From the human T2T-CHM13v2.0 reference genome, Homo sapiens, in assembly GCF_009914755.1 (NCBI RefSeq), contig NC_060934.1: a DNA stretch of 64,000 nt. One strand, 5' to 3'. How positions within the stretch are numbered: position 1 is the stretch's first letter; each line of letters begins with the position of its first letter. Below are positions 36,300 to 53,879 of this stretch, piece by piece. The notes beneath the pieces are model-generated. The model was not told the DNA's origin. It saw nothing but the letters and a program-made list of their open reading frames with translations, and did no database searches. A program made the translations under genes and the position numbers.

Positions 36300-38360
36300 G
36301 TTCCTAATTTTATAAAAACAGTATTGTGCTACAGGTAACCCTTGAGGACTTCTGTTTTTCACTCTATATTCTATTGCCAGGATTCATCCATATCTTCATA
36401 TGTAGCTGTGAGCTATTCTTTTGACTGCCATGTAATAGTACGTTGTGTGAAACCACAAGCTACTTACCCATTCTCCTGTTGATGGGCATTCGGGTTGTTT
36501 CCAGTTTTTTGTTGTGATTATTTTTGTATATGTTTCCTGGTATATTTTTGTAAGAGTTTCTTTTGTATATTTAATATTTTAATTAACATTTTTGCTGATT
36601 GTATCAAGCCCTTTTCTGACATTTATTGATTACATCATTTTTCCCCTTAATTTGTTGCTGTAGGGAATTATATTGTTGGACTTCCTAATGGCAAACCTTT
36701 CTGGCACTCCTAAAATACACTTAGTTGGGGTCTATCATTCTTTCAACACGACTACTAGAACTACTAAATTTTGTGAGTCCAGTTTATTGAGGAATAATTT
36801 ATAGGTAGTAAAAATCATACTTCTAAAGTATATAGTTTGATGAGTTTTGACAAGTATATTCAGTCATATAACCACCACCACAATAAAGATATAAACATTT
36901 CCATCACACCAAAATGTTTCCTCATACCCTTTCACAGTCAATTTTCTGTCCTACCTCAAATCCTTGGAAATTATTTGTCTGAGTTCTGTTCTTATAGGTT
37001 CACCTTTTCCAGAATGTCATACTCTAAATAAAGTCATACAATATGTAGGCTTTTACAAATGGCTTTTATCACTCTACATAATGCTTTTGCAATTCATCCA
37101 TGTTGTTGCATATATCAAGAGTTTTTTTCCTTTTTTACTGTTGAATAGTATTGTATGAGTTCATCTATTTGTTCATCCATTCACTAGTGGGTAAACTTTT
37201 GGACTTTTTGTTTCCAGTTTTTGAAAACAATTAGAAATCCGTCTGCTGTACAAATTTAGGTATAAGTCTTTTTGTGGACAAATGCTTTCATTTCCTTAGG
37301 TAAATACCTAAGTGTTAGATTGCTGGGGCATCTGATAAGTTCAGCACTATAGAAACTGACAGACTTTTCCAAAGTATCTATACTATTTTGCATTCTCACA
37401 AGCAAGGTATAAGAGTTCCAGTTGCTCCAACTCGTCACCAGCATTTTATGTCGTCAATAGGTTGTTTGACTTATTATTGAGCTGCAAAAGTTGTTTATAT
37501 ATTCAGGATATAGGTCCTTTGTTAAACAGATTTTTTACCAATATTTTCTCTTAGTCTGTGCTTTCCTTTTTTTATTTACTTAATGTCTTTCAAATGCTTA
37601 ACCCAAGACCACAAAGATTTTCTCCTATATTTTCTCCTAGAAGTTTTATAGCTTTAGCTCTCACATTTCTGTCTATAATCTATTTTGATTTAGTATCTTC
37701 GTAGATGTGAAGTAAGGGTTAAGATGTTATTGTTGTTCTTGTTACTCTTTTGTCCTTGTTTTTACATATGGAGTTTCAATTATTCCAGCACCATTTTTTT
37801 AAAGATGACCCTTTCTCCATTGAATTTCCTTTGCATATTTGTCAATATTCAATTGTACATAAGTATGTGTGGGTCTATTTCTGGAGTCTCTATTCTATTC
37901 TATGTTCTATAAAACTATCCTTTTGCCATTATAACGTGTTCTTCATTTTTTTTTCTTTTGAGATGGAGTCTTGCCCTGTTGCCCAGACTAGAGTGCAGTA
38001 GCACGATCTTGGCTCACTGCAACCTCCACCTCCTGGGTTCAAGCAATTCTCCCTGCCTCAGCCTCCTGAGTAGCTGGGACTACAGGCATGCACCACCACG
38101 TCCAGCTAATTTTTGTATTTTAGTAGAGACTGGGTTTCACCATGTTGGCCAGGCTGGTCTTGAACTCCTAACCTCAGGTGATCCACCCGGCCTCCCAAAG
38201 TGCTGGGATTACGGGCATGAGCCACCGCGCCAGGCCTCATTATAACACATTCTTGATTACCATGACTTCACAGTTAAGTCTGAAATCATGTAGTACGAAA
38301 GTCTTCCAACTTTGTTTTTATTTTTCAAATGGACTTGCTACAGTTTTACATAAAATTTTT
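36300..38360 (-). mobile_element. Old L1M 3'-end fragments (antisense)
   Basis: ttcatccatgttgttgca, gggtaaatacctaag-like and agagttccagttgctcca L1M phrases. Confidence 0.65.
37946..38236 (-). mobile_element. AluS
   Basis: Antisense dimer. TSD cattataac(gtg/aca)ttctt. Confidence 0.92.
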
Positions 38361-38939
38361 TCATGTTTAGTCATAAGGTGAACTACAGAAGCATTTTGTG
38401 ATATATATATATTAGGTTTTAATATTAAAGTTATGCTTGTTTCATATTTTTAATTGAGGAACTTTCCATACTTTTTCAGAGTCTGAAATAATTTGACTAA
38501 CACAGAAATTAACTCTTCCTTGAAGATTAGATGGAATTCCATTGTAAACAATTTAAGTAGGTTTTTGTTTCCTTAAAAAGAAAATTTTAACAATCTTTTG
38601 CATTTCTTCTGTCATTTTTGGTGTATCTGAGTTTTTTATATATCTTCCTGTACCAATTTTACTCATTTATATTTTCCTAGAAAATCATCTATTTTGTTTA
38701 GACTTTCAGATTTACTGAGATTTATCAATTTACAATTAATTAATAAACTTCAAATGTATAAATGTATTTATAAACATAGAAAACTGAGGCACAGAGAAAT
38801 CAAGTAACATGCCAGAGATCATACAGCTAATAGCTGGTAGGGCCATGATTTGGATCTGGGCTCCAGAATCCCTGCATTTAACCACTAGACATCAGGAAAA
38901 ACTGACATGTGACAGTTTTTCCTGATGTCTACAGTGACC

Positions 38940-39240
38940 TACATGTTTGGAATATCATTTGATAAAGTCTTTCATGATATCCTTATGAACAAGACAAAGA
39001 AATGTTAGGCAGCTACAAAACTTGTTGAACAACCTTGCCCAAAGAGAACTCCATCTTTAGCTTTCTTCTTTAAATCCATCAAGAAAGAAAATAAAGGACT
39101 TGACATAAAGATCCAAGACTTCCATGAAAACATAAAATATGTTTTCCAAATGTGCGAATGGTACAAAAGTGAATCTAATAGCTTAATGGTGAAAAGGAAC
39201 TCAAAAAAGCCTTCACCACTGTAACTTAGACAACCAAATG
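38940..39240 (+). mobile_element. CR1/L3 reverse-transcriptase relic
   Basis: 38955-38993 translates SFDKVFHDILMNK, similar to the CR1 RT motif AFDxVxHxILxxK. Confidence 0.5.
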
Positions 39241-39578
39241 AATGTAAACTGAACAGACTTTAGGCCCCACAAGAGCAAAGACAAAATATGTCTTATTTAT
39301 CAATGTAAACAAAGCTCCCAGGAGAATCATAGCTGCTAAGTAAATATTTTTGAATGTTCATTGAAAGAAAAGTATGCACATTACTGAACTTAAACAACTG
39401 CACAAGTTTAAAATGCAGATGACATGGTTAAACATTGAGACAAGGGGGAAAAAAAGTTTTGGTTTGCCACAAGCTGTGTTAATCAATAATGCAAGGGTGC
39501 AGGATTTGGCGACAGAAAACTTAAAACTGGATCTGTTTCCAGGACAAGCCACTTAAGCTCACAGCGAAATAAAGTTAA

Positions 39579-39988
<410 letters not shown>

Positions 39989-40189
39989 TAGATTATAAAT
40001 TCCAACAGGAAGTTAAAAAGTACCTTGAGCTTAACTGTAATTTCTCAGTTTTGACAGGGTTTAGGGGACAGGGTGAAGATTTGAAAACGGTATGTATGAA
40101 GTGCCTAGCAGGATGTCCAAAATATATTTAACATTTTAAAAATCTTGGTATAAGTGGATTATCTTTTCATACATATTAGACTGTATGCA

Positions 40190-41608
40190 TGAGGGGACTC
40201 CAAAAAGTTCACGGAATCTGGGTGCAGTGGTGTGTACCTGTAATCCCAGCTACTGGAGAGGCAGAGGTGGGTGGATCATTTGAGACCAGCCTGGGCAACA
40301 TAGTGAGACCCTGTCTCTTAAAAAAGAAAAGAAAAGAAAATGTTAGTGGAAAATGAAATTAAAAGATAAAAATAGAAAATATAAACTGTATTTCTCAACA
40401 TAAGCTCCATCAAGGTTAAGATACTCTATAAGCAATGATACCAGCCATATAGTCCATCCTTAAAGAACTGGGAATTTAACAATGTCAATGTGTTTTTTTT
40501 TTAAATAATTAACTGAAGAAAAGTGGGTGCCCTTTAAAGATCTTTCCAAGATTAGAAAACATAAATAAGTCAGAAGGAGTCAAATCAGTACTGTAAGGTG
40601 GATGCCTAATGATTTCCCACAAAAACTCCCAAAAAATTGCCCTTGTTTGATGAGAGAAATGAGCAAGAGCATTGTCATGGTGGAGAAAGACTCTCCGGTG
40701 AAACCTTTCCAGGTGTTTTTCTGCCAAGTCTTTGGCTTTCTCAGAACAATCTCATAATAAGCAAATGTTATCATTCTTTGGCCCTCCAGAAAGTCAACAA
40801 GAAAAATGCCTTGAGTATCCCAAAAAACTTCTGCCATGACCTATGCTCTTGACTGATCCACTTGTGCTTTGACTGGACAACTTCCACCTCTTGGTAGCCA
40901 TTGTTTCAATTGTGCTTTGTCTTCAGGATCATACTGGTAAAGCCATATTTCATCTCCTGTTACAATTCTTTGAAGAAATGCGTCGGGATCTTGATCCCAC
41001 TTGTTTAAAATTTCCATTGAAAGGTCTGTTCTTGTCTGCAGCTGATCTGGGGACAGTGGTTTTGGCACCATTGAGCGGAAGTTTGCCCAACTTTAATTCT
41101 TGAGTCAGAAGTGTTTAAGCTGAACCAGTTGAAATGCCTATGGTATTGGCTATTTTCTGGTGTTAATCATCAGTCCTCTTCAATTACTGCATGAACAATA
41201 TTAATCTTTTTCTCACAAATTGATATGGATGGTCAGTCACGTGGGCTTCACGTGACTTCAACAGTCTCATTCCTTCTTAAAATGAATTATCCATTTGTAA
41301 ACTAATAATTTGTTTTGGGCATTGTTCCCATTAATTTTTCATAAAGCATCAGTAATTTCACCATTTTTCCACCCAAGCTTCACTATAAATTTGGCGTTTG
41401 TTCTTGCTTCAATTTTTGTAGAAATCATCTGTTCTGATAGGGAATCATTTCAAATTAATGTCTTATCCTTCTTAATGCCTCAAGCTAGATGCTGTTCAGA
41501 CATACTGCAACAATTTACTGTGATTTTATTTTAGTGCAAAAACATTTTGAAATGCATCCATGGTTTTTTCATAATATACATTTTCCATGATTTTTTAAAG
41601 ACCCCTCA
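40190..41608 (-). mobile_element. Hsmar2 mariner DNA transposon fossil (transposase pseudogene)
   Basis: TIRs tgaggggactccaaaaagttcacggaa / ttccatgattttttaaagacccctca+TA. ATG at 41428 (MISTKIEARTN...LGWKNGEITDAL*). Catalytic motifs IVTGDEIW, LHHDNA and PPYSTDLTPSD lie in broken frames. Confidence 0.9.
40218..40340 (+). mobile_element. Alu monomer (FLAM-like) inside the Hsmar2 TIR
   Basis: Single Alu arm with A tail, splitting the TIR. Confidence 0.8.
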
Positions 41609-41819
41609 TATAAGAATATATATGATCATGTATGTGTGTGTGTATATATATACATATATGTAATCACATATGTAAGGATATACGTTAAAATGTAAACAGG
41701 TTATATTGAGTTATCCCTGAGTCACTATTCTAGATACAGAAGATACAATGGAGAATTACATGGACAGAACGCCTTCAGTTTTTTGTCATTTACTTCTCTT
41801 CAACTCCTCTCCCATTTAC

Positions 41820-42200
41820 GAGGACCACTTTTTTAATTAGTAAAATGAAAACCAAACTACAGTATAGAGGTGATAAAAAGATCAGTGGTTGCCAGGGGTG
41901 TACAGAAGGAAAGGGAGTTAGAGCACAGCAGATTTTTAGGGCAGTGAATTACATTGTCACTTAGTAAAACCCATAGAACTGTACATCACACAGAGCAAAT
42001 CCTAATGTAAACTATGGATTTTAGTTAATAATAACATATCTCTATTGATTTTCATTTGTAACAAATGTACCACACCAATGCAAGATGTTGATAATAGGGG
42101 GAACTGAAAGTGGAATGGGGTATATGGGAACTCTCTGTACTTTCTGTAAACCTAAACCAGTTCTGAAAAATAGTCTTTAATTAAAAGAAAAACTAAAAAA
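41820..42200 (+). mobile_element. L1MC-like 3' end
   Basis: cctaatgtaaactatgga, gtaacaaatgtaccacac and ggtatatgggaactctctgtac. Confidence 0.75.
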
Positions 42201-43003
42201 GAAAAGAAAAATCAATGAAAATTCTGGCTTGCTTAGATGGACACTTTCCAAATACTAAATTGCAATTGAGTTATTCTTCTTGGCAATAAACAACTTGTGG
42301 CCTTTTTTTCTTTTATAGCAAGAAATAACTAGTTGCATCTCTCTTTTTGACTCAAGTATATTGAACAATAACAAGAAAATGCCTGGTTGGGTATAGAAAA
42401 ACTGCCTTGTTAGCTATTTTATTTATGATGTGTGCTTTAATATTTGTTTATATGCTAATAGTGGTTGCTTGGCAACTAAGTTTGGGGCTTCCTTCAGGTA
42501 GAAGTGCGTTGTCTAATAGCACCTCATTGTCTTCAATGCTGGATTTCCAAAGCCACCCACCATACCCTAAGTTATGGAATTCTTGGTTTGAATGATATTC
42601 AGATCTAGTTTTTTTCTTATTCATTCAACAACTATTTATGTAGAGTATCTACTATGTGTCAGTCACAATTCTAGATTCTGAAGACAGAGTGAAGAATAAA
42701 GTGAACAAAGTCCCTGTCCTCAAGGAGCTTATATTCTAGTAGGGTCGGGGGATAAACAAATATAATTTTTCAATGATAATATTCAGGTAAAGATGGAAAT
42801 GAGTGCTATGAAAAAAGTAAAGTAGACTAAGGAGATAAAAAGACTTTGGAAGAACGTTTCTCTTTGCTAGTTTATGAGTAGTTAGTGAAGATCTCTCCAA
42901 AGAGGTAATATTTGAAGATAGCTGAATGAAGTGAGGGGTGTGCCATGGAAATACATTTGTATATGGGATTAGACGCATGCTGTGGAGGAAAAGCTAGTGC
43001 AAA

Positions 43004-43841
<838 letters not shown>

Positions 43842-44339
43842 TGAGTAAGTCAGTGAGTTAGCCAAAGAGGATGGGAAATAAACTCAGAGCTATGGAAGGC
43901 CACTGGGGAATTTTGAGCATTTTTTAAAATGTGGCATGATAGTTGCTATATGGAAAGTAGACTGTGAGGGATATTTAGAGGCAAATGAAGAGATCAGGCA
44001 GACACTACTATAGTGGCCAGAAGAGAGACCGCAAACTGAATGAATCAGTCAGGTGGACAACCAACAATCCAGGTTTAATGGCATGTTCGATGTCAAAGAA
44101 AAACTACTATTTATCTCCAAATTAGAGGTAACAAACCAATTTGGGAAACAAAGACTAACTGATTAGGTAAAAGCAAAGTTCAGCAGTGATTTCTGTAGAA
44201 ATCACTTTTCCCTAAGCTTCAGGGAAAAGCTGATTTTCTAAGCAATATTCTCCTCTCCCACATTACCTGAAATCTTTTTCACTACCTTAAAATCAATTTC
44301 TCATATTGACAAGACATATCAGACAAAAGCACTTACTTA

Positions 44340-45640
44340 CATTTACATCTCAGTAATACAACTTACATCTCAATAATAAAAATAATCTAATTTTTTAATT
44401 AGGCAAAAGGTTTTGAATGGACATTTCACAAAGATATACAAATGACTGATAAGCACATAAAAAAGCATTCAACATTAAGTCAACAGAGAAATGCAAAATA
44501 AAATCACAGTGGGATACTAAAAGACACCCATTAGAATGGCTAAAAGTAAAAAGACCAAAAATACCAAATGTTGATGAAGATAGGGAGCTACTGGAAGTCT
44601 CTTATCTTGTTGGGAGTATAAAATGGCACAATAACTTTGGGAAATAGTCTGGCAGTTTCATTTAAAATTAAATGTAGCCCCTACCTTATGATTCAGCAAT
44701 TTCACTCCTAAATGTTTACCCAAGAAAAATGAAAGCCTGTGCCCACAAAAAGAAAATAATATACATATAGCCTTATTCAAAATGTTCCAAAACTGGAAAC
44801 AGACTAAGTATTGTCAACAGGAAAATGGATGAACAACCTATAGTGTACTTGCACAACAGAAGACTACCCAGCAATAAAAAAGAATTCACTAATGATACAC
44901 AAAATAACATAGATGAATCTCAAAAACATTATGTTAAATTAACAAAGCCTTACATTTAGAAGCACATATTGTAATTGTATCATTCCACTTGTTTTAAGTT
45001 CTAGAACAGCCAAAAATAATTTATGTATCTCTTTAAAAAGTCAACAGTGGTAAGCTACCTCTGGGTAGAGGGGCAGATGGACAGGGATTAACTGGGAAGG
45101 AAGAAGAGAGAAGTTCTCATAATGTTTCATAATGTTCTATGTCTTGATAGAAATTTAGATTACACTGATGTCTACATTTGTTAAAATTCCTCCAAAGCCT
45201 GGCATGGTGCCAAATAGTCACAGCTACTTGGGAGGATAAGGCAGGAGGATCTCCTTGAGCTTAGGAGTCAGAGTCCAGCCTGGCCAACATAGTGAGATCA
45301 CATCTCTAACAACAACAAAAATCCCTCCAATGACACATTTAATATTTGTGCATTTCACTATATGACAACTAACCCAAAAATTTAAAAGAACCATAAACAA
45401 AGATTGAACTCATGTTAATGATATTCATACTGAAGCATTTAGGGGTGAGGTATACAGATAGTTGCAACTTACTTGGAAATTCTGCAAAGTAAAAAAAAAA
45501 AAGTGGCTTGATGGAGAGATAGGGGGTGGATATGTGATAAAGTAAATGTGGCAACATGTTAATTGTAGAATTTAGGTGGTGTATAAATTCTTTTAACTCT
45601 TCTGTATGTTTGAAATTTTTCATATTAAAACATTGAGGAG
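44340..45640 (+). mobile_element. Old L1M 3' fragments with an Alu monomer (~45197-45320)
   Basis: L1 ORF2 C-terminal and 3'UTR phrases (gaaatgcaaaataaaatcacag, gatgaatctcaaaaacattatg). Confidence 0.7.
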
Positions 45641-45793
45641 GAAAATGCCAGTTTCTCCTATTTGAGTTTAGCTCTTCAAGGGCAGTAATTTCAAGTTGAA
45701 TGATGAAGAATTATATTTTTAAAAACAAGCAGGAATTGACTCTCCTTAGCATAATGTTAGTATTCAATACATTTTGATTAATTAGTTAATTAA

Positions 45794-47070
<1,277 letters not shown>

Positions 47071-47459
47071 AATTGTATACATTTTCTACATGCCTTTCTT
47101 ACTAATATATGGCAAGCATCTTTCCTTTTCATTAAGTATTCTTCTAAAACACCATTTTTAATAATAGAAAATTTGGGGATCTATTGCCCTCATTCTCACC
47201 TACATTGGGTTTTATCTTTCCTTTTAAATCTTTGCCAATTTAGGGAACGAAAAAGATATCTCTCCTTTATATTTTTGATTGCTAGTGAGGCTCTTCATGT
47301 TAATCGGTCTTTTATCTTTTCTATGAAAGTGCTTTTATTGGTGTATAAACACTCTTTATATATTAGGGTTGTTAGCATTTTTGTCATATGTGTTACAAAT
47401 GCATACACAAAAAATATATTTGTTTCAGATTTTTAATTTTAATACACTTTTTTCATCAT

Positions 47460-48000
47460 GATGCACTTAGATCTCTTGAATTCATTCCTCCTAACTAAAA
47501 TTTTGTGTCATATGACCAACATCTCCTCAATCCGCCTTCCTTTGCCTCTACCATTTTACTCTCTGCTTCTATTAAGTCACCTTTTTTACACTCCACTGTA
47601 AGTGAGAAAATGTAACATTTGTCTTTCTATGCCTGGTTTATTTCACTTAACATAATGTCCTCCAGGTTCATCCAGTTGTCACAGAAAAAAAAAAAAAAAA
47701 AACAGGATTTCCTTTTTTTTTTAAGGCTAATGGTATTCCATTGTTTATATATGTTACATTTTCTTTATCCATTAATCCATTGATGGGCACTTAAGTTGAT
47801 TCCATATCTTGGCTATTGTGAATAGTACTGCAATGAACACGGGAGTGCAGATATCTCTTCACCATACTGATTTCATATCCCTTGGATACATACCCAGTAG
47901 AGGGGTTGCTGAATCATACAGTAGTTCTATTTTTAACTACTTTAGGAACCTCCATACTGTTTTCCATAATAGTTGTACCAATTTACATTCCCACAAACAA
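47460..48000 (-). mobile_element. L1MA-like 3' fragment
   Basis: tttcacttaacataatgtcctccaggttcatcca and ttggctattgtgaatagt. Confidence 0.8.
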
Positions 48001-48339
48001 ATTACAATTTTTATTCACAATACTTTGATATAAAATTTTGTTTCTTATTTATTGTTTGCTTTTTTACCATGCCACCTTCAAAGAGACCTGGAGACATTGC
48101 CGGGGGTTGGAAACTGACTTAATAAAGAGGCTTGAGAAACAAAAGAAAGAAAACGTATTAAGGCAAATGTTTTAAGGAGTAGACAGATCTAGTTTTAACT
48201 CCATTTCAGCCATTAACTACTAATTGGTCGAGTGATTAAATCTCTCAAAACCAGTTTCCTCTTTGGGGATTGGGGATAATAATACTTTCCCTGAAGTGTT
48301 GTTGTGAGGACCACATAAAACAAATGTAAAGTACCTCTC

Positions 48340-49325
<986 letters not shown>

Positions 49326-49812
49326 TTTAAGAACCTCCCTTGAGAGATAGCAAGTTGTAACTGTATGTAACCAAATGAAAAGGTGTTCTAAAACACTGCT
49401 TCCCAAATGTTAAAGGTGCATGTGAATCACCTGGGGATCTTGTTAAATGCAGTTTGTCATTCAGGACACCTGAAGCAGCACCTGAGCTGCTTCCTTTCTA
49501 ACAAGCTCTCAGATGATGCTGATGCTGGTTGAAGATTCTAGAGTCTTCTGACAATGAGAATCCTTGACAAAAAAATTTAATAACCAATTTAACAAGTGAT
49601 GTCTGTTTTCAGAACAGTTGTAACTCGTGGTACTACATGGAATTTGCAAGATGAAAGATGTGGCTAGCCCTTAGAGGATGCAATTTGAATCTAACATTAT
49701 CTTAACAAGGTCAGTGTTTCACCAGATGAAATTTCAGTAGAGTCATGTTGCTATACAGGGAAGCCAAACATCTGATGAATAAGAAATTGTGCATAAAGAA
49801 TAAAGAAAAGGA

Positions 49813-50220
49813 TTCAGGAGCGGTAGCACACCTGTAGCCCCAGCTAACTGGAAGACCAAGGTAGGAGCATCACTTGAGCCCAGGAGTTCCAGTCTAGCCT
49901 GGGTGAGAGAGCGAGACCTCATCTCTAAAAATAAAGTTAAAAATAAATTTTTGAGACAGAGTCTTTCTTCGTCATCCAGGCTAGAGTGCAGTGGCATGAA
50001 CCCAGCTCACTGCAGCCTCAAACTCCTGGGCTCAAATGATCCCCCCACCTCAACCTCCTGAGTAGCTGGGATCACAGACGGGCACCACCACATCCGGCTA
50101 TTTTTATGATTATTATTTGTAGAGACAGGGTCTTGCCCTGTTGCCCAGGCTGGTCTCAAATTCCTGGGCTCAAGCAGTCCTCCTACCTCCACCTCCCAAA
50201 GTGCTGGGATTACAGGCCTG
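49813..50220. mobile_element. Alu monomer (+, ~49813-49945) abutting an antisense AluJ (~49948-50220)
   Basis: Two Alu units in opposite orientation joined at their tails. Confidence 0.85.
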
Positions 50221-51450
50221 AAAAGATCTAATGGTCACAGTCCTCCCGATGATTTCCTCCCCAAAGGCCTACCCAAAAAACCCATCCAAAGGAAGCACTC
50301 CATATGAAAAACTTGAGTTGTTTGGAGGAAACTAAATTGCAGTGTTCTGCGTGCAGCTTTCCCCTATAGCAGCGTTTCCCAGCCTCAGCCAATCAGAAGC
50401 TCCCAGCCTCAGCCAATCAGAAGCATCACTTGGGTTACCTGCTACCACTCCTAGAGCGTGGGAGACTTTGTGGAAGGATACGGGAGAAACCCAAGCATCT
50501 ATGTTTCTAAACAGAAAGGTTTGGGAAACCTGCCTCACTATGTTCATCTCCCTTTTTTTTCAGTTTAGAATTCATAGCAGAGGGGAGCTGTACATAGTGG
50601 ATAGAGGTTCTATTGTGAGGAAAATTGACACTCATCTGTGATACTCAGTAGCTGTGTAATCTTGAGCAAGTTATTCATCCTTCCTGAGTGTGAGTTTTCT
50701 CATGTGTAAAACAAGAATAAAAACGCTTCTACATAAGGTCATTGTAGAGATTACCTAAAGTCATGGATTTGACTGCTATTCGTAAACTGAATACAAATGT
50801 GATTGCCATAAATGCATTTACTATGTCAAATCTTCACTGAACAAAGCCGTTGAGAGGCCCTTTGGAATTCATTAGTGTGAGATTTTATCCACTTAGCAAG
50901 GTGGAGTTGGTAAACTAAAGGTCAAGTTGACATAAACCTGGATACAAGCCCAACTTTGCTTTTATTGTTTGAGCCCCCTCGGGGAAAGACGGCAACCTTC
51001 CGGTTCTCCACTGTCTCATCTGTAAAACAGTGATGATGGTAACTCCTGGCTACCCGCTTAGAGTGGCTGACAGGCTTTGTAAATGATGCTACCTGAAGGT
51101 GGTTTGTAAACTCTAAAATGCCGCACACATTGTTGATGCCTGTCACGAAAGAGCTGGAAAAGCCATGGCATCCGTTTTCAGATCCACTAATATCCCATCC
51201 CTACCCCACCCATCCTACCTAATCCCTGTCCCAAAGGGCAAGAAGGCTTGCTGGCAGGAGGGCTGGGGAGGCAGCACTTTCCATCAGCAGCTCAAGAAAC
51301 TCAAGAACACTAAGAGTTTCTGGGGCAAAGGTCAGTCCCCCAGGGTGGGCTTGAGGGGTGGCTGGTCAGCAAGCAGGGATATCGGCCATTGTTTGCACCT
51401 GCCATCTGTGTTCCCAAGTGTTTAGTGATGGATGGTGCCAGACATTTCCC

Positions 51451-51470
51451 CTGCTGCTGCTGCTGCTGCT
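51451..51470. repeat. (CTG)6 trinucleotide repeat
   Basis: Read directly. Confidence 0.9.
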
Positions 51471-52147
51471 ACTGGCTGAACCTGTCATGACATATCAAAT
51501 TTCAAGAGCGGAGTTACAGAATCTGTGCCTTGGAAGGAGAACAAAGTTTGAATATCTGTGGAGTTGAGGACAGACTTAAGAGATTAGGAATGGGTAAGGC
51601 CCTGCAGCAGGAAACTGCCCACGATGACTAAAAGTGAAATTGAGTACAGTTTAGAGAATGCCACTCAGAGATAGGAATCAGGACAGGAAGTGGAGAGATG
51701 AGGAGCAGAGGCTGTAAGCAGATGGGAAGAGGGAGTGGCCACCAGAGCTAGCAAGTAGAGCATGGACAGATTGGCTGCTCGCAGCCATGGCCGCTTCCAG
51801 GGTGGAATTCCAGGAAACCCAGGAGTGGGACTCAGCAGTGAGGTTTGTGTGAGGTGGGCTAAGGAGACTCAAAACCCAAAAAACAGCCTCCATTGCTTCT
51901 ATTTTTTTAGATTTTTTTCAAAACTATTTTTCTTACCAAATTTTACTGACTTAGAAACCAGCAAGAAATGTAATATCACATTTATTTACAGCCTAGAAGT
52001 AACAATTCCTGCATACGCTGTCCTCTCATGGTATATCTCCTCATAATATACAGCATTAAACAGGATGACCCTTTAACTTAAAAATATACTGAATATGCCT
52101 TATGGGGGTGAAGATACATGTGGCAAGAAAACTATAGCTTTAAATTA

Positions 52148-52570
52148 ATGGTTCTCAAACTAACTTAAATCAAATCATTTGGAGGGCTTGTTAAAACATC
52201 CAGGGCTGGCTCGATCATAACTCACTGCAGCCTTGACCTCCTGTGCTCAAGTGATCCTCCTACCTTAGCCTCCTGATTAGCTGGGACTACAGGCATGTGC
52301 CACCACATCCAGCCAACTTTTTTTTTTAATTTTTTGGAGATTTTTCTTAAGTTTTTGTAGAGATGCCATCTCACTTTGTCACCCAGGCTGATCTCAAACT
52401 CCCAGCTTCGAGGGATCCCCTCCCTCCTCAGCCTTCCAAAGTGCTAGGATTACAGGCATGAGCCACAGGGCCCCACCACAGTTTCTGATCCATTAGGTCT
52501 GGGATAGGGCCTGAGAACTTGCGTTTCTAACAAGCTCCCTAGTGATACTGATGCTGCCGCTAGAATCACC
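52148..52570. mobile_element. MER5A-like MITE interrupted by an antisense AluJ fragment (~52205-52470)
   Basis: ggttctcaaact start, tttctaacaagctccc...gatgctg end, Alu arms in between. Confidence 0.75.
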
Positions 52571-53067
52571 GTCCTGGACAATTAGGGATCCTTGACAGGA
52601 AGAGAAATAAAAATACACAGACTAGATTGGCAAATATATTTCCTTAACATTCCAGTTTTCTAAGTTGAAGCTCAGACATGTCACCCCTCCCCAGGAGATC
52701 ACTTGCAATATTAGCCAGTTTCTCACTATGTGGAAAATATTCATAGAAATGCTGAAGGTAATCCTAAAATGGAATCCTAGAATGGTTCATTGAACCAGAC
52801 CCACAGCACGAGGTGGAGTCCACTCAGATGCTCTTGGGTGTGGTGACATTGAGATCTGTCCCCGATGGGGACAAGCCTATCAAGAGCAAGGAACACAGAA
52901 CCATCTCCCTCAGACAGCACTTCCAAGTATGTTACCAAAATCTTGGTCTTTGAATCCCATGTTAGAGAATTTGTCATCCATTTAATCAGTCATTTAGAGA
53001 GTGATCCCTCTCAGGACTATATAGAACCTGCTTTCTGAGGACACAGATTCTATTAGACTTAGGACAG

Positions 53068-53672
<605 letters not shown>

Positions 53673-53879
53673 CGATACATTGAGGGGTTGCTGGTCAGCA
53701 AGCAGGGATGAACTCCTTATAGTATTAGAGTAATTCTGGATGATATTTTCTTGATAAGATCAAATTTATCAAACACCAACTACTTTTAATCATTACTTTT
53801 CCCTGTGTCATTAAGCTCCATCAGACTCCCAAAAGCCTCCCTGCCCCAGAAAATGGCTCTCTGTGACCGTCTGATAATT

